A DNA stretch of 64,000 bases from Octopus vulgaris (Eukaryota), in the NCBI GenBank assembly GCA_951406725.2, contig OX597815.1, positions 43,400,001 to 43,464,000 of the forward strand, in the 5' to 3' direction. Below are positions 55,449-64,000 of the stretch, one piece after another. The notes beneath the pieces are model-generated. The model was not told the DNA's origin. It was given only the letters and a program-made list of their open reading frames with translations, and searched no databases. Each line of letters starts with the position of its first letter. Within the stretch, counting starts at the first letter, position 1. Made by a program: the position numbers and the translations under genes.

Positions 55449-55685
55449 TATGCGCCCTTTTCGAGCCTAGCCAGGCTCATGGGCCCGGTTTCCCGGTTTC
55501 TGTGGCGTATGTGTTCCCCCACCAGCTGGACGGGACGCCAGTCCATCGCAGCGTTACTCAAGAAACAGGAAGAAGGAGTGAGAGAAAGTTGTAGCGAAAG
55601 AGTACAACAGGGGTCGTCAACACCCCCTGCCGGAGCCTCGTGGAGCTTTAGGTGTTTTCGCTCAATAAACACACACAACGCCCGT
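55449..55685 (-). mobile_element. SINE family C core with tail shared with the 23674 copy
   Basis: CCCCTGCCGGAGCCTCGTGGAGCTTTAGGTGTTTTCGCTCAATAAACAC core joined to GCCAGTCCATCGCAGCGTTACTCA tail. Confidence 0.85.
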
Positions 55686-55774
55686 ATGTATATATATGCT
55701 TATATATATATATATATAAGGTGAATCCAAACGAGAAAACAGAAAAAACAACAACACAAGGAGGTGGAACAATT

Positions 55775-55827
<53 letters not shown>

Positions 55828-56219
55828 AATAATATATAAATATATGCATATATACATACCTACTTCTATATGTATATATACATGCATATATGGGTACAGG
55901 ACATTAAAAAAATCGTTGAACACAATGAGAAATGAAAACATAAAAACAAAAAACCTGGAAACGAACTATTTTTTAAACAACGAAAGAACAGAGTACAAGA
56001 CATACAACATAAGGAATATTCCCCTTCTTCAGTTGTCCCTGTTTCGTCTACTCCGCATAAACATACACACACACAAACACACACATATATATATATGTAT
56101 AAAAAATATATATAAAAATACAAAATGGAACAAGAACGCAAAACACTCAAATAGACGACACAAAAAACGGACGGGTCATTCGAAGCCTCTAATCTTCAGT
56201 CAAGAATCGATATATATAA

Positions 56220-56250
<31 letters not shown>

Positions 56251-57660
56251 TGTATGTATGTATGTATGTATGTATGTATATTACGGGACTCAGTTTCCGG
56301 CCCCCAAATCAATTCACAAAGGTATGGTCAGACCAAGTTGCTTCGCAGTGGAACTGAATCCATGTAGGAAGCAAACCAGACAAACTACGTACATAATTAT
56401 TGCAAAAAGTCAAAAAGATATCCAAAAGCGAGCTGTGAATATCAAAACCGTTATTAGAAAAGAAATTGTACGTAAAAGAGACAATACTGTAAATAATTGT
56501 GTTGGTAGAGACTTTAGCAAAGCGAAAGAAAATATCAAAATTAGGTGCGTAAGAATAAAAGCGGAAATGAGAACGAAGTAATTATTAAGAAGTGGAAGCG
56601 GGAGCAAAGTAGAGAGAAGGGAACAAAGAGGTGGAGGAGGAAGAGTGAAAGGAAGAACAAGTTTGTGCTTAGAGAAACGCGGTGGCAGCCAACAATACGG
56701 AGGGAGTTATGTTGGGTAGGAAAAACGGCAAGCGTATATATTGTTAAATATATTTATGTTCGTGAATAAGGGGTCATTATCATTTCCGGTGGATGTCAGT
56801 TTTAAGAAAAGAAAATATTAAGAATGATAGTAATAATAGTTAAAATGCATTTGTATGACGATTGTAACAGATATATATACGGTAACAGACTTTGGGAATA
56901 CGTGCTTGTAAAATAGGTTCACCTTGAGGGGATGTGAGAAAAATGTTCCAACGGATATCGTCACTTCAGGCTTTGTGAAAAAGCTAAAGCTTGGCATACC
57001 GGTGAAGATGTAAAAGATGGCAGACATTCAGAATATGCGAAAAGTATGTTTTAGGACGCCTTATGTTCTGTGTATATGTGTGAGGTTATCTGCATTTGTC
57101 TGTCAGCTTATATATGTATTTAACCATTCGAACATTAATACTTATATATGCAAGCATGCATACATACATACAAACATACATTCATGCAAGTACGTATACA
57201 TACATATATACATAAAGCAAAACATACATGCATACATACGCACATACATGCATACATACATACATGCATGCATACATACATACATACATACATACATGCA
57301 TGCATGCATGCATGCATACATACATACATACATACATACATACATACATACATACATACAAAAATACCCTGTTGTTGGTGTTGAAATTCTAATGAAGGAA
57401 CCTTGATCTAGGTTAGAAACCGGTTCTCTCCCTGTTGGCAAAATTCTTGAAAATAAAACTGAATAATGACATCCATACATACATTCATACATACACATTG
57501 AAATTACCTTCCCTAGTTACAAATCGTAAACATGTGTATATAAATACAAATGTATACATTTGTAGATATACATACAGAAACAAAAACATTCACTCACAGT
57601 TACATGCATACGTGAGCATGTATATGCGCACGTGTGCAGAAGGACCTATATTTATTTAAC

Positions 57661-57944
57661 ATTTCGTCTGCCGTTACGTTCTGAGTTCAAATTCCGCCGA
57701 GGTCGACTTTGCCTTTCATCCTTTCGGGGTCGATAAATTAAGTACCAGTTACGCACTGGGGGTCAATGTAATCGACTTAATCCGTTTGTCCCCTCTGTGT
57801 TTAGTCCCTTGTGGGTAGTAAAGAAATAGGTTTTAAGTATGATATATGTTCCTGACAATAAAAGCTTCAAATATTTGAGTATACATGAGTCAACGTGTAT
57901 GCGAACATGTTTAGGTATGTCTATGTATGAATGTACATCTATCC

Positions 57945-58012
<68 letters not shown>

Positions 58013-59240
58013 GTCTGTCTGTTTGTCTGTCTGTCTATCTCTCTGTCTATCTATCTATCTGTCTGTCTGTCTGATTGTTTGTCTGTTTATATCTATCTAT
58101 CTATATACGAACACACACACGCGCGCACACGCATGCACGCGTGCGCATGCGTACATATGTGAATACATACATACTTGTATAATGACATATAACTGAACCA
58201 GCAGGTACGGGGATTTACGTACCGAAATTCTCTTGGGGAAACATATCTGCATAAATTTATAAACATGAACGTGCATACTAAAATAACGGATATTCCTGTC
58301 AAATAGTTTGATAGTAATATATTTTGTTTGTAAGGCGGTGAGCTGGCAGAATCGTTAGCACGCCGGGCGAAATGCTTGACGGTATTTCGTCTGCCGTTAC
58401 GTTCTGAGTTCAAATTCCGCCAAGGTCGACTTTGCCTTTCATCCTTTCGGGGTCGATAAATTAAGTGCCAGGTACGCACTGGTGTCGATGTAATCGACTT
58501 AATCTGTTTGTCTGTCCTTTGTCCTCTCTGTGTTTAGCTCCTTGTGGATAGTAAAGAAATAGGTATTTCTTCTGTCTTTGTGTTCTGAGTTGATATTCCA
58601 CCGAAGTCGACTTTGCCCTTCATCCTTTCGGGGTCGATAAGTTAAGTACCAGTTGCACAATGAGGTCGATCAATCGACTGGTCCCCTCCTCAAAAATGTT
58701 GGCCCTTGTGCCTAGAGTAGAAAAGAATATATTGTATGTGTGTTTACACAGGTAATTTATACATTAACGTATAATAGAATTAAAAGAATACGAACATGGT
58801 ACTAATATATATGACCATGTGAACTGGTAGAATCATTAGCACACCGGCTTTTCGTCCGTCTTTACGTTCTAAGTTCAATGCCACCGGGTCGACTTTCCCT
58901 TTTACTCTTTAGGGGGAATCGATAAAATAAGTGCCAGTTGAGCACCAAGGTCGATGTAATCGATTTACATCCTTCCCCGATATTGCGGGCCTTGTGCCAA
59001 AATTTAGAAACAATGTGTATGACTGTAATGTCGGTGAACTGGCAGGATCGTCAGCACGTCGGACGAAATGCTTAGCCGCATTCTGTCCGTCTTTAAGTTT
59101 TGAGATGACATTCTGCCAAGGTATACTTTGCCCTTCATCATTTCTGGGTCGACAAAATAAGTACCAGTTGAGCACTAAAGTCGACAGATCGACTGACCGT
59201 ATCCCCCAGAATTACAAACCTTGCGTCAAAATTTCAAATT
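57661..59240 (+). mobile_element. Family B SINE copies (57661-57830, 58332-58725 dimer, 58820-59010, 59030-59240)
   Basis: Repeated GTCGACTTTGCCTTTCATCCTTTCGGGGTCGATAAATTAAGT core, all on the plus strand. Confidence 0.85.
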
Positions 59241-61243
59241 AATATACTAACTAAACTTTACATTACTGCGTTGCTATCTTATATTTCAAAATTTTATTCG
59301 AGTGTATGTAATAGTTAATTACATATAAATGCATACATTCTGTAAATTTCTGGATATATTTGCCGGCTCAGATATACGGCTCCTTTTGTATGCACACTGC
59401 CTAAAACGGTGTACACTATTCGAAAAATGCCTGTGTTAGAGTCTATTACCTCAACGCTACTCATGCTAAGCTATATATTCTTCCATGTATAAATGCAAAG
59501 GGAAATGTTTTAGCATGTTTATAATCTACACACGTGCAGATGTATGTATTCAGAAGTGATCCGAAGCTAGTACAAGGTGAATATTAAGGCGGCTTTACAT
59601 AATAATTTTCAATATAGATACAAGCCCTGGATTACTTTTTGGAGGGTATAGTCGTCATCAGTAGGTAACGTTAAACTCGACAAGAATTTGGACTCTTCAT
59701 CCATCGTACAATAAATTCTACTAGTTCGTTACTGTATGTTTTGAATAATGACAAGGTTCTTCCTGTTTTGCCCCCATTCTTATATATAAAGAATATATAA
59801 AGATAAAAAAAAAAGTGAAATAAAATACTTATTCGCACGAGAGAGGAAGAGAGATGGCACGTGCCCGCCCACACACATCGCACACATTTTGTCATTGAAA
59901 CTGCAAATATTCATGAGAACTTAAAGCCATTCTGAAGACTGGGTTGAGATTCATAAGTTCGTGTTTCTCAATTGAATTGTAGATCGCCCATTCCCGTTGC
60001 CTGGCGTTAGTTTCTGCTTGACTTGCATTCTTGCCCCATATCATTAAATCAATGTTTTTTAAGCTCAGCATCGCCTTTTTACAATCACCCCATTCCCAGG
60101 CATTGAAATGAAAATAATAAATAGATTATTTTAATGAGACAAGCTAATTTTGTGCAGTAGCTTATCTCCATATGTTCTTATATTAACCCCTCCATCAAAT
60201 GCGTTCTTTCATGAACTAGTACCCTCATGCTGGTGTTCCCTCCTTAATGAAGCCCTACTTTAGTATCTTTTACAAACGTTCTACTTTCGTAGAAATACAA
60301 TAAAATATTTATAGTATTCCGCTTTCTGCCTGTTCAAATAAGATGTCGGTTAGGAAAACTAGGTGTTTAAGTAATTTTGCACTTTTAGCTAACTTTGCAC
60401 TTAAAGTTTATGATGGCGGGAGAGCAGAATAAAAACGACTTCAGATTTTGGTTTACAAATGATCTCTTCTTGTTTCGTTATGTTGTTTAACAATACACAT
60501 TTCATGTCAGTGTTCGAAGGTAAGGTTAGTTTGATTATAAATTATATTCAAGAAGTACTCTTAGGAATGTACTCCTTCAAGCTCCGTCTGTCATCAACAG
60601 CTGGAGAAACCGACATCACTTTGGAAATAAGTGTAGAATCTAGAGACAAAAGAACGACCATCAGTATTACATGGACAATATTAGATAATCCACCTGAACT
60701 GTGGATTGGTTCATTCAGAGAGTGTTTAGTTGTGAATCTTCACGTTCTGGAGGCATCCACCGAGGGGAATTTTTATGATTTGGGGGTTATTAAAATAAAT
60801 TATCAATCCCTTACTGGGGTACGTTTAATCGACGATAAACTTCAACAAATTTATGGAATCCATTAGTTAAGTTACCAGCATTTAGGAATAGTTTAAAGTT
60901 CTATCACCCCAGTCTTACAGAGAAACTCGAAATTATTCACCATCCTGCTTTAATCCAAAATAAAAGAAGCGAATTATTGTCTACTTGCCGGCACATATTG
61001 ACATACATTCTCTCCAAGGAATTTTAAATATGGCCTTTCTGGTGCACTATAAATGACAGCGAAAAAACGCAGTGAACGTAGTTTACAGCACTGACAGTCA
61101 TTTCTCATTCGCATGGTTTACACATTCGACTAAAAGTTTGGCTGAAGAAAACTGCAATTCGGCTGCTACATAATCTGTATAATTTACATCTAAGTAATCA
61201 TACATAGATATGCACTTGCACACTGACATGCAGGCACACACGA

Positions 61244-61286
<43 letters not shown>

Positions 61287-61409
61287 ACAAACACACACTC
61301 GGACAGGAATAGATAAGGAGAGATAGATTCTCAGTGAATAGATGGCTCATTTAGACAAATCAAGATGAACTATGTGAAGCCCATGTGTGCCGAGCCATCA
61401 CACAAACAT

Positions 61410-61674
61410 ATGTATGTATGTACGTATGTATGTATGTATGTATGTATGTATGTATGTATGTATGTATGTATGTATGTATGTATGTATGTATGTATGTATG
61501 TATGTACGTACGTACGTATGTATGTATGTATGTACGTACGTACGTATGTATGTTTGTATGTATGTATGTATGTATGTATGTATGTATGTATGTATGTATG
61601 TATGTATGTATGTATGTATGTATGTATGCATGTATGTATGTATGCATGCATGTATGTATGTGTATATGTATGTG

Positions 61675-61706
<32 letters not shown>

Positions 61707-61971
61707 TGTATGTATGTATGTATGTATGTATGCATGTATGTATGTATGCATGTATGCTTGTATGTATGTATGTATGTATGTGTGTGTATGTATGTATGTG
61801 TGTATGTGTGTATGTATGTATGTATGCATGTATGTATGTATTATGTATGTATGTATGCCTCTATGTATGATTTTTCTTTGAATTTTCTTTTAGTTCTATA
61901 AAGAGTTCAAACCGGTCGCTAACAAAGCGACAAGAGGTTTTTAATTAAGAGAGTTCCCGATGTTTGTAAAC

Positions 61972-62002
<31 letters not shown>

Positions 62003-62057
62003 TGTATGTATGTATGTATGTATGTATGTATGTATGTATGTATGTATGTATGTATGT
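61410..62057. repeat. Long (TATG)n tetranucleotide tracts
   Basis: Directly visible. Similar tracts occur at 8698, 34600, 43545, 46845 and 53460. Confidence 0.97.
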
Positions 62058-63011
62058 CCTGGGTATGACTTCAACTGCATCTGGTAGTGGGGCCTTGGTT
62101 CGGGAGTTCCAGAGTTTTTGAGATGTGTGCTATCACCCCTTAACTACTACAGTTTTCCGGAGCGATAGCACCGGTCAAGGTTACAGCCAAGGGATAACAA
62201 CCAAATGTAATGATAATCCATTTGAACGCAGGAACGCATACATACCCTTGATTAGTTTCAGGGTGTGCAGTAAAGCCATCAAGAGTGAGGGACTCCTAGC
62301 TGTTGTCACAATGTCATTCTAGGTGAGGGACACTCTAATGTAAAACTCACGGTTTCACGTGATTAATAGTCATAACATTCCGGCCTGTCACTAGATACAA
62401 ATCACAGACGCTCAGGGAGTTGTACTCGTGTTATACAAGCGTTTATCACTATAATCTAATGACGTACATCTGTACGTCATTGGTAACCTCATTTAGGGTA
62501 ATCTCATTTGTCATCTCGTCAACTGAAAATCCTATGGCAATGGAACAATGGCGACGGTGTGAAGAGTTAAGCAGTTGGAAGCACGCAGTGAGTTACGACT
62601 TTCCTCTGTCACCACCTATGTTACACACTCTGCAGATCTGCAACGGAGCCACATTGTCATCTGAGAAATCATGGACGGAAAGTAAGGAGTGCCATTGACA
62701 ACGCGAGATCACAAGGAGACGGCAATCCTATGCGAAAATGAAGCAATCACCATGTATGTATGCATGCATGTATGTATGTATGTATGTATGTATGTATGTA
62801 TGTATGCATGTATGTATGTATGTATGTATGTATGTATGTATGTATGTATGGATGTATGTATGTATGTATGTATGTATGGATGGATGGATGGATGGATGGA
62901 TTGATGGATGGATGGATGGATGGATGGATAGTTGGATGAATGTATGCATGCGCGTTTATGTTTGTGTATGTATGTATGTTTATGTGTGTGTTGTTTGTGT
63001 GTGTGTGTGGT

Positions 63012-63245
63012 AAGAGGCGCTATCATGACTGCGTAGCAAGAAGTTTGTTTCCCAACCACATGGTTCTGGGTTCAGTCGCACTACGCGACACCTTGAGCGA
63101 GTGCCTTCCACTAAAGCGTCGGGCCGAGCAAGAGGATTTGGTAGTGAAAAAAAGCCTGTTGTGAGTGGGAAAGAAGACGTTGTATGTTCGTGCGTGTATG
63201 AGTGGGTGTGTGTGTGTCTGTGTGCCTTTGTGATGTGCCTGTATC

Positions 63246-63297
<52 letters not shown>

Positions 63298-63565
63298 TAC
63301 CTTTGTGTCTGTTTTTGTCCCTCACAACCACTTGAAAACTGGTGTTGATGTGTTTACATTCCCACTTCAGCAAAAGAGACCGATAATAAAAAACAATCAT
63401 TTCGTCTGTCTTTATGTTCAGAGTTTAATTTCCACCGAAGTCGACTTTGCCTTTCATCCTTTCGAGGTCGATAAAATAAGTAGCAGTTGAGCTCTAGAGT
63501 CGATATAATCGATTTATTCCCTCTTCCAAAATCCCGGGCCTTGTGTCAAAATTTGAGACGAATAT
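63012..63565 (+). mobile_element. Family A SINE joined to family B SINE
   Basis: Family A runs to AAAAGAGACCGATA (about 63385), then the family B core starts at about 63398. Confidence 0.75.
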
Positions 63566-64000
63566 TTAGTTAGAGTCATATTATTTTGCACTGAACCGTA
63601 AAAGAAACGCGATTTTTTCAAATGTCATTTTTGCAAGAGTAAATATTCAAAGACATGCTGGTTTATGGCTGAGACCCAAACAGCAGGTAACCTTTCAACT
63701 TTCCTGAAACGAGACGCCAAAACGCAGCTGCATTGAATGCCACGGGTGGCCGTCGCAAACCATTGTCATGAAAACCGAAATACACGTGCTTCTTGTAGGT
63801 ATAAAAATCTACTTGAACCGCGTTCCTGGCATCCGTAATTTGGCCGCATCAGGTATGACCCGATTGTCAGCAGCGCAGAGAGAACAAAATACCGGCCGAT
63901 TGCAAGCAGGGTAGCGTGCCCTGGTTGTTGCGAAAATTTACAATGTCCATGTCAGCACCATATATCGCTTGCAACAGCGATTCAATAACAGCAACAGCAC

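Noticed and set aside
55844-56581. 245-aa ORF, the longest in the track
   Set aside because: It runs through TA/TATG microsatellites, A-rich repeat modules and a SINE remnant, and I recognise no domain.

Overview
This is eukaryotic, AT-rich, extremely microsatellite-dense non-coding DNA, probably a large intron or intergenic region. The repeat inventory resembles a coleoid cephalopod such as Octopus; that assignment is inferred from recognised SINE types, not from a search. I found no complete host gene, and nearly all ORFs in the supplied track are translations of (TA)n, (CA)n, (TATG)n, (TATC)n or (TAA)n tracts. The real coding signal is degraded retroelement protein: a Penelope-like GIY-YIG C-terminus, a CR1-group LINE (CCCH-finger ORF1, APE endonuclease and a separate 3' end), and R4/Dong-like and HERO-like RLE C-termini. 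There are dozens of tRNA-derived SINEs built from exchangeable modules, plus a non-autonomous Helitron, a piggyBac-type MITE, hAT ends and a probable solo LTR. The most notable hidden layer is about nine type-I hammerhead ribozyme motifs from several unrelated sequence families. They sit mostly in short modules lodged in (TA)n tracts, alongside several fold-back hairpins. Repeat boundaries were read by eye and are approximate.
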